From contig NC_043011.1 in the NCBI RefSeq assembly GCF_006345805.1, positions 45,272,464 to 45,336,463 of the forward strand: a DNA stretch of 64,000 nt. The letters run 5' to 3'. Below, in pieces: positions 1 to 12,635 of this stretch (its first letter is position 1; each line of letters begins with the position of its first letter). Source of the DNA: Octopus sinensis. Taxonomy: Eukaryota. The position numbers and the translations under genes were made by a program. The notes under the pieces are model-generated. The model saw only the letters and a list, made by a program, of their open reading frames with translations, did no database searches and had not been told where the DNA came from.

Positions 1-593
1 ACTCAAGTTAAGGATGTATGTAACTAAATACCATTCAAAGATACAATTAAACTCTACCACTCTGTTATACACTAATCGTTAACAGATTTGGCTTCAGTTA
101 GATTTGATCTCAGAATCTAGAGGTTTGAAATAATAAAATGTTTTTATATATTTTGCTTCAGTGGTTGGCGTTAGGAAGGGCATCCAGCCGTAGAGACACT
201 GCCAAATCTGACTGGCCTGATGAAGCCTTCCAGCTTTACAGACCCCAGTTAAACCGTCCAACCCATGCTAGCATGGAAAACGGACGCTAAAAAATGATGA
301 TGATGATGATGATATTTGTTTCAGTATAATACAATATTAAGGCAATGAGCTGGCAGAATCATTAGCACCCAAGGCAAAATGCTCAGTAGCATTTCATGTT
401 TTTATGTTCTGAATTCGATAAAATAAGTACCAGTTGAGTACTGGGGTTGATGTAATTGACTTATCCCCTTCCCTGAACTTTCGAGCATTTTGCCAAAATT
501 TGAAATTTCAAATTTTGGCAAAATGCTCAAAAGTTCAGGGAAGGGGATAAGTCAGTTACATCAACTCCAGTACTCAACTGATACTTATTATGT

Positions 594-977
594 GATGGAA
601 GCACTCTGTCGGTTACAACGATGAGGGTTCCGGTTGATCCGACCAACGGAACAGCCTGCTCGTGAAATTAACGTGTAAGTGGCTGAGCACTCCGCAGACA
701 CGTGTACCCTCAACGTAGTTCTCGGGGATATTCAGCATGACACAGAGAGTGACAAGGCCGGCCCTTTGAAATACAGGTACAACAGAAACAGGAAGAAAGA
801 GTGAGAGAAAGTTGTGGTGAAAGAGTACAGCAGGGATCACCACCATCCCTGCTGGAGCCTCGTGGAGCTTTAGGTGTTTTCGCTCAATAAACACTCACAA
901 CGCCTGGTCTGGGAATCGAAACCGTGATCCTACAACCGCGAGTACGCTGCCCTAACCACTGGGCCATTGCGCCTCCA
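594..977 (-). mobile_element. tRNA-headed SINE, family A (related copies 1538-1830 +, 29189-29505 +, 56038-56394 -)
   Basis: Head ggaggcgcaatggcccagtggttagggcagc...tttcgattccc has Pol III A/B boxes and is shared between dispersed copies. The 56 kb copy is flanked by an imperfect ctttwagtgcctt duplication. Confidence 0.85.
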
Positions 978-1399
978 CACTTATTATGTACCTTATTTAT
1001 ATATGAAATACTACAATTTGCCATCATTATTGATGGCACATGGTCAGTTAGTACAATATAGTTTTTACAATATAATATATCATTTGACCTCAACTCTTAA
1101 TATTTTTCTCTCATGGATCAAACTCTTAACCCTCACTCGACATTATTCTGTCTTGCCTTATGTCACACTCACAGTCTCTGTCTCTATATTATTGTGTCTC
1201 ACTCAACCTTACTCTCACTTTCTTTCTGTTCCTCTCTATATTTATCTGTCTCTCCCCTCTCTCTTTTTATCGTCACTGTATTCGCCACCCATGTTATACT
1301 CTCAAATAATGATGTGTCTCTGCCCCCTCCCCACTCATGTACTTCTACTATATCTGAATGATTAGTCTCACTCTCCCTTCCTCCTCCCCTCTTCGACAG

Positions 1400-1452
1400 G
1401 TTCCTGGCAAGATGGAAGAAAAAGAAAGCTCGAGTGTCAAAGACTGAAGAAG
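1400..1452 (+). CDS. SHTN1: Shootin-1-like gene, internal coding exon A (FLARWKKKKARVSKTEE)
   Basis: Pyrimidine tract and cag acceptor ending 1399, AG|gtaagg donor at 1453. Ends in phase 1, compatible with the 3535 exon. The basic stretch lies just before the EEMM motif, as in vertebrate shootin-1. Upstream exons are outside the window. Confidence 0.75.
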
Positions 1453-1872
1453 GTAAGGAACACATTTGGTTATTGTTGAACAAAATATTTCATTATTGTT
1501 TTACAATATATGTATATATGTGTGTGTATATATATGTAGAGGTGCAATGGCCCAGTGTTTAAGGCAGCGGACTCACGGTCATAGCATGGCAGTTTCGATT
1601 CCCAGATCGGGCGTTGTGAGTGTTTATTGAGCGAAAACACCTAAAGCTCCATGAGGCAGGGGGTGGTGCCGACCCCTGTTGTACTCTCTCGCCACAACTT
1701 TCTCTCACTCTTTCTTCTGTTGCCCTGCTTGCTTAGCCAGTGGGGTGGCATCATCTTGAAGGCTAAAACAATGCGAAGCGCATTGTGACCAGCAATGTGT
1801 AGCAACATCTGATAGCCTGGTCGGTCACATGATATATATATATATATATATTTATATATTTATATATATGTC

Positions 1873-2138
1873 TTACTGGTGAAGGCCAGTTTATAGGGTT
1901 ATCCTGAGTTTCGCGCCATAAAGGGTACCTTTATGGCGTATCTTCAAACCCCAAGACCTGTTTATCTATGGCCTCTTTAAAATATAGAGGGGGAAACAAT
2001 ACAGATCTGTATCGTTTCCCCCTCCATATTTTAAAGAGGCCATAGGCCAACAGGTCTTATGGTCTGAAGATATGTCCTAAAGGTACCCTTTATGGCAAGA
2101 AACCCAGGGTAACCCTATAAAGCAGCCTTCACCAGTAA
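1873..2138. mobile_element. Fold-back (palindromic) insertion with hammerhead, Penelope-like non-autonomous element
   Basis: About 133-bp imperfect inverted arms centred on cagatctg (2005/2006), followed by a unique tail, and embedded in (TA)n. Confidence 0.7.
2058..2118 (+). ncRNA. Type I hammerhead ribozyme motif
   Basis: ggt-CTGAAGA(2064)-stem II-GAAA(2099)-CCC a GGG-TA-acc. Stem I is ggt/acc, stem III is ACCC/GGGT, cleavage triplet GUA. Confidence 0.7.
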
Positions 2139-3045
2139 TTAATAGAGACTGCTCTACTTCTTAGTGTTTGCTTCTTCTCTGGATTTGTTTTTCTAAAAAA
2201 ACGATATATATATATATAGGAGGTTATGAGAGGTAATGGTGTCAACAAGATCCAAAGTTGTCAGGTAATGCTAAGTAAGTGCTATGGATAGACCATAGTT
2301 AAGCTCGATGATTATACGAAAAAGGAGTCCAACATAGGTCATATATCAGCATGTGTATATATAAAAACTTTTTATCTCATTCTGAAAAAAACAGCTTATA
2401 TATATATACACACACTTTTGAATTTATGTAAATGTGTATAGAACAATATAACAGTTGAATAAAGTTACAGCATGGTCTGGTTTCACATTTTTCATCATTG
2501 TATTTAAGAGCATTAAAAAACAAAAAACATTTAGTAATGTTTATAAAGTTCAATTAGTGCTCTCCTACATTTGTAGTAATCATCAGATTTCAAAATGTAT
2601 TGACTGACAGTTGAGTTGAGTTCTTGACAACTGTAGTTAAAGGACTGACTTCTTCCTTTTTATACTTTTTAAAAGTCAGTCCAATGGACAATGCTGAGTT
2701 GTCAAACATTTAAACCAAATTTTCTCAAAACAACTTGTCCAACTGTCCCATAGGCCCCCCTTTTGAGAAACACTGATTTAACCTAAATTTGAGACACCAG
2801 TAAAAGAAGAAATAAAGATAGACTTTTTTTCTATTCCAAGAAAAACGATTTTACAAATGCACGTTCCCACGGCTTCATGGATCGCATTCTCACCTGGAAT
2901 CGATTTTTGTAATTTTTTCAAGACTTATACATGCCCTGATACTGTCACTATCTACATATCAACTTTGAGCACAATCAATGGAGGATGCCTGAGATCCTAG
3001 AAGACACACACACAGACAGACAAAACGGATTTTATATAATATATA

Positions 3046-3330
3046 GGGTAAAGACCCCCTTCGGTCATGAATGACCATGGGTTTGCACCTAGAGAGTTAC
3101 CCTCTGAGGCACAAGTCTGGGCAAGGTTGTTTTATGGAAGACCAGCAGTCGCCCATGCATACCGGCCTCCCCTCTCCACGTCACCGATGTTGTCCAAGGG
3201 AAAGGCAAAGGGGCCGATACAGCTTGGCACCAGTGACGTCGCAACTCATTTCTACAGCTGAGTGAACTGGAGCAACGTGAAATAAAGTGTCTTGCTCAAG
3301 AACACAACATGCAGCCCGGTCCGGGATTCG
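3046..3330 (-). mobile_element. SINE, family D (related copy 61735-62055)
   Basis: Two similar dispersed copies with a (ctttac)-type tail and a ttgagcaagacact core. The 62 kb copy keeps a tRNA-like head. Confidence 0.7.
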
Positions 3331-3534
3331 AGATATATATATATATATATATATTAAATATAACCATCCTCAGATATAACATCTGTTTCAAGACACAATT
3401 TCACATCAGGAATCTTGCAAAACAAATACGCACAAACCCTGTAGTCATGTATATCTATCTTTCTAGCTGTGTGTGTGTGTGTGTTTGTCTGTCTGTCTAT
3501 ATATTAATCTATGTCTATCTCTGTACATCCACAG

Positions 3535-3638
3535 AAAATACTACCACAGTCAAAGAAGATCTCCACAAGAAAGCTCTTGAAGAAATGATGAGTCGCATCA
3601 GAGATGGAAGAGGTCTGACTGGAGCAAAGATGAGACGG
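3535..3638 (+). CDS. SHTN1: Shootin-1-like gene, exon B (ENTTTVKEDLHKKALEEMMSRIRDGRGLTGAKMRR)
   Basis: acag acceptor and CGG|gtatgt donor, phase 1 to 0. DLHKKALEEMMSRIRDG resembles the remembered vertebrate shootin-1 segment DLKRQAVEEMMDRIKKG. Confidence 0.85.
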
Positions 3639-3664
3639 GTATGTTACATGTATGTGGTGCGCGC

Positions 3665-3711
<47 letters not shown>

Positions 3712-3712
3712 A

Positions 3713-3749
<37 letters not shown>

Positions 3750-3751
<2 letters not shown>

Positions 3752-4318
3752 GCCCTGATGCAGTAGCAGGCAATGGCTCTCATAACTTCTCATTTTTACT
3801 GATTGGAAGTGTTATCTTGTACATATTTAGTCTTGGAGTAAAAGATGGGCTACAGCAAATATTCTGCTCAATGCCACAGATTTGCTCATCTGTTGTTTTG
3901 ACCTTAACCAGTTGAGCATGTCCCTTAATGGCTGATGATATGTGTATCGCTGATCACAAACAGAAGTAGTAGGGGAGCATCATAGCCATATGTCGAGAGG
4001 AAATCTTTGGAGTTTGAATAATTCACCTTTGGAATCATGGGTGTTTTAGTCATCATCCTTTCACAAATCTTATTCAGGGACCTTTTGAGTGGGATTGGGC
4101 TACCCAACCTGAAGAAGATTCTACCTGGGCCCTACCTGCAAGGTCATATGCTGTTTATCTTGATATGAGATCACTATGTCACAGATATATGGTTATGATA
4201 CATGTGCCTGTTATACTCTTATCAGATGGGTAGTCATGATGGGTATATTGGGCTTCGTATATTTGTACCCCAGTATCACTTTGATGGCATGTGCTGCTCT
4301 CTCACTCAGTAATAATAA
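3750..4318 (+). mobile_element. Dispersed retroposon with (AAT)n tail (inverted copy about 10262-10752)
   Basis: About 480 bp shared in opposite orientation with 10274-10750. Ends in ctctctcactcartaataataat. Confidence 0.7.
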
Positions 4319-4338
4319 TGTTTTTGTCTCTCTTTCAG

Positions 4339-4395
4339 CCATCTTGCCAAGATAAACCAAAGGACGAAGCTATTGATGAATTAAAGAATTTAATG
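4339..4395 (+). CDS. SHTN1: Shootin-1-like gene, exon C (PSCQDKPKDEAIDELKNLM)
   Basis: tctctctttcag acceptor and ATG|gtaagt donor, 57 nt, phase 0-0. EAIDELKNLM resembles shootin-1 SAVDELKGIL in the same order after the EEMM motif. Confidence 0.85.
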
Positions 4396-7193
4396 GTAAG
4401 TCTTCAGTGTGGCACCATCACCACCACCACTACTACCACATCATACCAACACTATCATTAGCATCACTACCACAATACCACCAAGAACAATACCTTACAC
4501 TTCACACCACTATTGCATGCACCAATGAAGAAGCCTGTATATGGTGGTTACTTGACCTGCTAGAAATAGCAGCCAAATCTCCCTCATGTCACATCCTACT
4601 GTTTTAGAAAAGACACAGCAGACAAGGTGGTCCTTGGTTCTCAGTCTGTAGGGGAAAAGATGGGTTGGTTGTGGCTGGAATGTTTTAATTATAAGTTTAC
4701 TGGATCAGGGAAGACCTGGGGGCTAAAGAACCACCATCATCATCTCACCACTACAGCACCACCACTGCAATACCCATACCACTATAGCACCACTATAAGA
4801 ATCACAGTTATAACAATCATACAACTACCATACCACTGTAACATCCTCACTACCACTATAACAGTTGGACCATACCACTACACTGGCCACACCACTATAA
4901 TACTAACACTACTACAGTGCCACTATGACACCCACACCACTACAATATCAACACACAACAATGCAAACACTAATACAGCACTACTACATCAGTCACACCA
5001 CTAACACTACAACACCTACATCAATGCAGTACCAATACTACTACAGCGCTACTACAACACTAGCACTATCCATGTATATAGTATGGCCCTCAGTTGCAGA
5101 TGTTGTTTGATCCCAACCTTGCAGACTAATGAAACCTACGTCAAGTACACAGTGCTCCCACTGTTGCCTATGATGGCTAAATGAAACACTGGAATGTTTT
5201 ATTAAGAAAGGAAGATACAAAATAATCTTCTTTATTTGCTGGCTTCTTCCAAAATATTGTGGGATGACACATGATGTCTGAGTGGATTGGGGCCTCACAG
5301 TACAAACAGCTGAGTAGCTAGGGTCAGCTTTAGTTGTTTGTTTAACATCTGTTTATCCAGGTTAGCAAATGTTAGGCCAGGAGGACCTTGGAGCAGGATT
5401 CTTACAGCTGGATGCTCCTCCTGTCACTAACCCTAACCTGTTTTTCAAGTATTAGAATATTTATTCCAAAGGAATTTGAAAGTGCAGAGCTAGTGGATGA
5501 TTTGTCAACAGGAAATGTCAACAAACATCACCAGTTGCAGCCCAGATTGTAAACATTCACTCACACATATACACGTACACATATGCTGGGCTTCTTTTAG
5601 CTTCTGTCAACCAAATTTCCTTGCAAGGCATTAGTCAGTTCACAGCTATAGTAGAAGACACTTTCTCAAAGTGCCATCATGCAGTGGAACTGAACCTGAA
5701 ACCACATGGTTCTAATCACACAGCTATGCCATTGCCTAAATACTAGTTTTTAAATTGGCTCAAGACCAGAAATTTTGGGGAATGGGGTAAGTTGATTACA
5801 ATGACCCCAGTGCTCGACTGGCACTTATTTTATTGAGCCCAAAAGGACGAAAGGTAAAGTCGACCTCAGTGGAACTTGAACTCAAAATGTGAAGAAATAT
5901 GAAATTCCACCGAGCATTTTGCCAGTGAGCTAACGATTCTGCCAGCTTGCCACCTCATTCACCTGAATATTGGGAGATGATACATTTCTAAGTGGTTACT
6001 GGCTGAGAACCTATTAACAACAACGGGTCATGCTTGGAGGTCAAAACCTTTAACTCTCATCGGCTCAGGTTACCTAGTTGTACAGAGGAACCACTCAATA
6101 TTTCACAGCCAGCTGTGATAGCACCGCAGATCTGCTGGGTAATTTGTCGGCTTTTCCATATTGAGATCATTTCCTCTTATGAGGCAGAAAGTCACCGGAT
6201 AATTAACTAGTGTCCTATCCTTGTGGAATGGCTTCGTCACTCTTGTCTAGTTGGGGGCAGGAGATATGCACAACCCACCTCTTTATATCTCTGTCTACCT
6301 TTCCCTCCTACTTTCCCCTCTCCCTTCAATTATACTGCTCCCCCTCTCTCTAAAACTGCTAATTAAAAAGCAAAAACAAAACAGTCCAAGTTAAAAAGAG
6401 TTAATAAAATTCACATTCTCTTCCTATCCCTCTAACTGCTTTTCTTTTCCTCTCCCTTTAAATCTCCTTCCTCCCCTTCTGCTGTCCTCCTCCTCCTTCT
6501 CCCATAGTTCAATGTTTCTCTCTCTCTCTCTCTCTCTCTTCAAACCTCTCCCTTTCATCCTTATCTCCCACTCTTTCCTTTACTCCAACCCACATACACA
6601 CATTGGCACCACAATGAAGCAATGAATAAAATTAATGGAAGGAGATATATGTGTGTGTGTTTATGTGCGTGCGAATGTGTGTGCATGTGTGTGTGTATGT
6701 ATTAATGTATGTGTGCGTGTGTGTGCATGAATGTGTGTATGTGGGATGTGAGAGAGGAAGAGAGGGCTAGGGTGGTGGTGGGTATGCTCTATTGTTTTGG
6801 GTTGGATAGGTCTGTCTTCTCTATCCAATTGTGAAACCCAAAGATCTTGTAATAAAGGATCATTTATGTAGTCGGAAACATCAAAATAATAACCACACAT
6901 TAACAACCGCTATACAGATGGGTGTTGTTTTTCTCTGATACTCTGTGTGTGTGTGTGTGTGTGTGTTAGATGACAAAGACACTTGACTACACTGTGAAAC
7001 ATTGTCGGACTTATTCCATCCAAATATGACACATACTTTTGAGGATTATGAAAACACAAGTTGTGCTGTGTGTGCATGTTCATGCATGTATTTGTGTATA
7101 TATAGTTGGAATTTACAGAAAAGCAAAAGATGAAGACAGGTGTATGAACAACAGGCAGGTGTATTAGTTTGATGCTCAGGAAAATGAAAAAGT

Positions 7194-7229
7194 CTTTTAC
7201 ATTTCGAGCCTACGCTCTTCAACAGAAAG
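7194..7229 (-). ncRNA. Minimal hammerhead-like motif (CUGUUGA core variant)
   Basis: Minus strand reads cttt-CTGTTGA-a-GAGC gtag GCTC-GAAA-tg-TA-aaag. Stems I and II pair; the core deviates at position 6. Confidence 0.45.
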
Positions 7230-7702
7230 GAATAAGAGTAAATAAACAGGGAGAGAACAAAAAACTGGTAGATTTAGCAGTCAATCATGGCGTCTGGTAT
7301 TTGTGTGTATGTAAGGCACAGACGTGGCTGTGTGGTAAAAAGTTTGCTTCCCAACCACATGGTTCTGGGTTCAGTTCCACTGTGTGACACTTTGGGTTTT
7401 TTTCTATAGCTTCAGGCCTTGTGAGTGGATTTGGTAGACGGAAACTGACAGTAGCCTATCATATATGTGTGTGTGCATGTGTGTGTACATGCGTATCTTT
7501 GTCCCTCCACCACTGCTTGACAACTGGTGTTGGTGTGTTTACATCACTATGACTTAGCAGTTCAGCAACATAGGCCAACAGAATAAGTCCCAGGCTTAAA
7601 AACTGAGTACTGGCATCAATTCACTCAGCTAAAATGCTTCAGAGGCAGTGCCCCAGCATGACCGCAGTATAATGACTGAAACAATTAAAAGATAAAATAT
7701 AC

Positions 7703-7770
<68 letters not shown>

Positions 7771-7945
7771 CGCACACACACACACACACCTATACACGCA
7801 TATATAATTTACTGGACCATAACTTGGTCGGCGTCCAGAAATAAATTTACTGCTTTCCTCTCATGACTTTTAAAATCTGAATATAGGCTGTGTCACATAT
7901 AACAAATAACATTTTCATTTTCATCATTATCATTTTATGTATATA

Positions 7946-7983
<38 letters not shown>

Positions 7984-8129
7984 AATGAATGTATGTATGT
8001 ATGTATGTATGTATGTATGTATGTATGTATGTATGTGATGCCAACCCTCCTCCCAGTTGTATCTCATTAGCATGAAACATTTATATTGAAACAGGACTTG
8101 CTAATTGCATTCATTTTTACATGTTTAGA

Positions 8130-8160
<31 letters not shown>

Positions 8161-8164
8161 CTCA

Positions 8165-8198
<34 letters not shown>

Positions 8199-8479
8199 TA
8201 CACATATGTGTTTGTATATACATAATGTCTTTAAAATTCAGTGATTCTTTCCACAAGCTCTGGCCTTGACATCTTTAAAACAATGAACAAACTTGGCAAC
8301 ATCTTTGAAACATTAACCTACTGACCCTTTTTCCATTTAGGGAAGACCTACAAAGGTCACAGGTAATGCCCTCTCCTCTCCACCTAGTGATCATCATCAT
8401 CATCATCAAGAATGAAAAGAACTTTTCAAGAAGCTCCCCCCACCTGCCTTTCTCCCCTCTTCTCCACACTATTAAAATA

Positions 8480-8900
8480 ATTCAAGATAATTCTTTTCAT
8501 AAAACATGGTCTAGATGCCACATGCTTCCCTTCCCAGCTTGAACCTATGGAACTAAACTGAGGGGATGTTAAAAGGCCTGTCAGTATGGCAATTCTTCCA
8601 TTTCATGGTGGTGGGCCCCTCATCTGGGATGCCATGTACTGTGATATCTTCTCCGGTGGTAACTTGGTGTGTTCATCTACCAGCCCTGGCTCTGCTGCTC
8701 ATCAGGCTGAGAAAAGAAAACTGTCAAAGTATTGGTTGCTCTCTGACAAGTTTATGGATGTGACCTCTGGCATTCTCAGCCCTCAGGTCAAGTCCCTGCT
8801 CACCACTATTGGGGCAGAGATGGCTATCTGCAAGTGTGAGTCCTTGCGACTATTCACTACTTCTCCCTTGCCATCCTCTGCAGCAGTGCCTTTTCCATTT
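8480..8900 (+). mobile_element. Degenerate restriction-like endonuclease domain of a CRE-type non-LTR retrotransposon
   Basis: Translation PSQLEP..GDVKRPVSMAILPFHGGGPLIWDA.YCD...SSTSPGSAAHQAEKRKLSKY...TSGILSPQVKSLLTTIG follows the remembered LEP..DGKRPDG...PW..G..L.WDAT..D....G.AA..AE..K..KY pattern. Contains a stop and has lost the PD motif. Confidence 0.7.
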
Positions 8901-11329
8901 TGTCTTCTGGGGCCACAAGGCAAGAGAATGCACTCACGTGATACATACACATGGTATTCCCATTTTCCATTAGGGGTGCCATTGAGAAAGTCCCTTAAAC
9001 CTTAGGCTGCTTATCACTGATCTCCATCATCCCAGCAATGTAAACAATTGATTACATCTACCCCCAGTATTTTACTGATATTATTTTTTGTTTGATTTTG
9101 TTTAACCCTGGGTCAGACCTGTTCTGTCATGTATGAGATCAGCGATGTCCCAACCATGACCAACCTATCTGGTTTCACTTGATGTACATAGGACTACATT
9201 ATTCAATGTGTTCTTTTATTAAAGATGGAGGGTGATTATGTGAAGGAGATTTAGCTGCTATTTCCAATAGTTCTCTCTTTGGTAAGTCTAGTATCTGTTT
9301 TATAGACTCAAGAGGGAGTGTAACATATAACATAAAGGGAGGTAACTCAAAAAGCCCACTGCCACCACCACCTTTTTAATAAATAGACAGAAGTTACTAC
9401 TACTGGAAGATAGAGTACAGGTAAAATAAATCAACTCCAGTATTTCACTGGTATTTCAAATAATCAACCTCACTGCCCTGGAAAAATGACAGGTAAAGTG
9501 TACACTGAGTAGGATTTGAACTCGGATCATAAAGGGAGGCAACTAAATTCACTATTCAAGTCAACAAAGTGGGGTAGTGGAGTTCGGGGTAAATTAATAG
9601 AGAGTAGCAACACCTAACAGGGGAGTTTCAACAACCTGCTAGAAATAACAGCCAAATCTTCCTCAAATCACATTCCACCATCTTGGTAAAAAAAGGGATA
9701 CATTGGAAATTGTAGTCCTGCATATCCCTAAAGATATATGGGATGGTCTTGGCTGGAAATGAAAACTGTTTGATCATATAGGTCTATTAAGTCAGGCTTG
9801 ACCTGGGGTTAAATAACAGCAATAACAAATTAAAGGAAATTTTGTTTCGTTTTATATTTTTATTATTATTTTTTGTTTCTAATTTTCTAATATTTCATTT
9901 TATTTATTTTTACTTCTTTTTATTTTATTTTTACTTCTCTCCCACCCCACCCACCCTCTGTTTCCTTTCTTTCCATGTATCTATCTTACTTCTGTCTCAC
10001 CTTCATTCTTTCCCTCCAACCTTCTGTTCCTCTGTTTTACCTTCCACACCTACATCAAAATAATAATAATAATAATAATAATAATCCTTTCTACTAATAA
10101 AGGCACAAGGCCTGAAATTTTGTGGGAGGGGACTAGTCGATTACATCGACCCTAAATCTATTGGCCCTGAAAGGATGAAAGGCAAAGCCGACCTGTGCGG
10201 AATTTGAACTCCAATCGTAAAGGCAGATGAAATACCACTAAGCATTTTACCTGGTGATAATTATTATTATTATTGAGTGAGAGAGCAGTTCATGCCATCA
10301 AAGTGACACTGGGGTAAAATATACGAAGCCCAATATACCCATCATGACTACCCGTCTGATAAGGGTACACCAGGCACATGCATCACAACCATATGTGCGC
10401 GACATGGTGATCTCATATCAAGATAAACAGCACATGACCTGGCAGGTGGGGCCCAGTTAGAATCTTCTTCAGGTTGAGTAGACCATCCTGCTCAAAAGGT
10501 CCCTGATTAAGGGTTGTTTAAGGATGTTGAAAGAATCACCCATGTTTCCAAAGGTGAATTATTCAAACCCCAAAGAATCCCTCTCAACACATGGCTTTGA
10601 TGCTCCCCCACTACTTCTGCTTGTGATCAGAGATGCACATATCGTCAGCCACTAAGGGACATTCTCAACTGGTTAAAGTCAAACAACTGACAAGCAAATC
10701 TGTGGTATTGAGCAGAATATTTGCTGTAGCCCATCTTTTATACCAAGACAAAATTATCATTATTATTATTATTATTATTATTAGCATCATCATTATTATT
10801 TTGAATTTTTGCCAAAAGGACAGCTTGGGGGAAGTGGGGATGAGTTGATTACATCAAGCCCAGCGTCCAATTGGTACTTTTTTTGTTGACCCCTTCAAAG
10901 GTGAAAAGCAAAGTGAACCTCAGCAGAATTTGAACTCAGATCGTAATAATGGTTGAAATGCCACTAAGCATGCTAACGATTCAGCCAGCTCATTGCCTTG
11001 ATAATAATAATAATAATAATAATCCTATTATAAGCACAAGGCCTGAAATTTGGGGGAGGGAATAGTTGATTATATTGACCCCAGTATTCAACTGGTACTT
11101 TTTTTAATGACCCTTCACGGATGAAAGGCAAAGTTTGTTCTCAGCAGAATTTGAACTCAGAATGTGATGATGAATGAAATACCTCTCAGCATTTCGTCTG
11201 ACACACTAATAATTACGCCAGCTCACCACTCTATAATGGGTTCAAATTTCGGCACAAGGCCAGCAATTTTGAGGAGAGGTAGATGGGGGGTTAGTTGATT
11301 ATTTTGACCCCAGTCACCAGTTGGTACTT

Positions 11330-11519
11330 TATTTACATTATTTACATTTGACGGATATTTGTCCTCATCTTGTTTCTTGATAACACAACATTTCAGCTGA
11401 TATACCCTCCAGCCTTCATATCAACCAAAACGTTGTGTTAACAACAAACAAGATGAGGACAAATATCCGTCAAATGTAAATAATGTACATAATTCCTCAT
11501 CTCTTAAATATAGAACTGT
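11330..11519 (+). mobile_element. Short fold-back copy of the hammerhead element at 15535-15913
   Basis: 11-bp duplication agttggtactt (11319-11329 and 11520-11530). Inverted arms, same start and same ...aaatatagaactgt end as the 15.5 kb copy. Inserted into another SINE. Confidence 0.8.
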
Positions 11520-12149
11520 AGTTGGTACTTCTTTATCGACTCCCAGAGAAATGAAAAGCAAAGTTGACCTCAGTGAAGTTTGAACTAAGAACAAAGGTAG
11601 AGGGTTACTCAATTAAACTAATCCCTGGGATCATCTCTGGAGGGACACAAAGTAAATTTGACCTTGATGGGATTTGAATTCAGAATGGAGAGAATCGGAA
11701 CAAATACCACAAGGCATTTTGTTTAATGCTCTAATGATTCTGTTAATCTAGCAATGCTGCTAACAGAAAGTACATAGAGAGTACCAAGTGAAGGGAGTAC
11801 CAGGCAGTGAACCTAAAGGACAGCAGTTCGTATCTTGTCGCTGGCATTGTATTGCATCAATGGCTTAGTCATCAAACTCTTAGCAAACCCAGTCCACCTG
11901 GGTGTATGTAGGTGTCACCATTGAAAAATGGCGATACCTTGTCACATCTGTATGGTAGTATTGATGGTAAGGTACTGGACCTTGTAAGTACCTGGCAGAG
12001 AGGGGAGTTACTCAACGATGGACAGGCGTCCTATCCAGGGCTGATTGGTCTCTCATCTCCACTTAATGTTGGAGGATACTGGACACTGACACTGGTCGAA
12101 TAGATGTCTGGGGTTTAGGACAGAGACACAATACACCTGCACCACCACT

Positions 12150-12304
12150 TCCACTGCTACTACTACTACTACTACTACTACTACTTTCATATCTCTTCCC
12201 ACTACTATGATGTTCTACAACATCTGCTGCTGTTGCTACTACTACTACTACTACTACTACTACCATTGCTGCTGTTGCTACTACTACTACCATTGCTGCT
12301 GTTG

Positions 12305-12346
<42 letters not shown>

Positions 12347-12364
12347 TCATTGCTGCTGTTGCTG

Positions 12365-12395
<31 letters not shown>

Positions 12396-12550
12396 CATTG
12401 CTGCTGTTGCTACTACTACTACCATTGCTGCTGTTGCTACTACTACTACTACTACACTACTACTATCATTGCTGCTGTTGCTACTACTACTACTACTACT
12501 ACTGCTACTACTACTACCATTGCCGCTGTTGCTACTAATACTACTACTAA
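12150..12550. repeat. Compound (ACT)n microsatellite with recurring cattgctgctgttgct spacer
   Basis: Seen directly. Source of the poly-L, poly-Y/C and poly-V ORFs. Confidence 0.9.
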
Positions 12551-12635
12551 CACATTGGATTAAAGCTGAGAGTTTGACTCCTCGTTAATCAGAACTTGTG
12601 GTTTTTCTTTTTCTTTCTGTCTTCTTCCCTCACAG

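Noticed and set aside
210-260. Hammerhead at CTGATGA near 217
   Set aside because: No stem II closing onto a GAAA and no stem I partner. It is part of a (GAT)n-tailed retroposon end.
12063-12563. Poly-L, poly-V and Y/C-rich ORFs (also YIYI, HTHT and CMYV ORFs at 18-19, 44, 53 and 56 kb)
   Set aside because: Translations of microsatellites with no splice or homology support.
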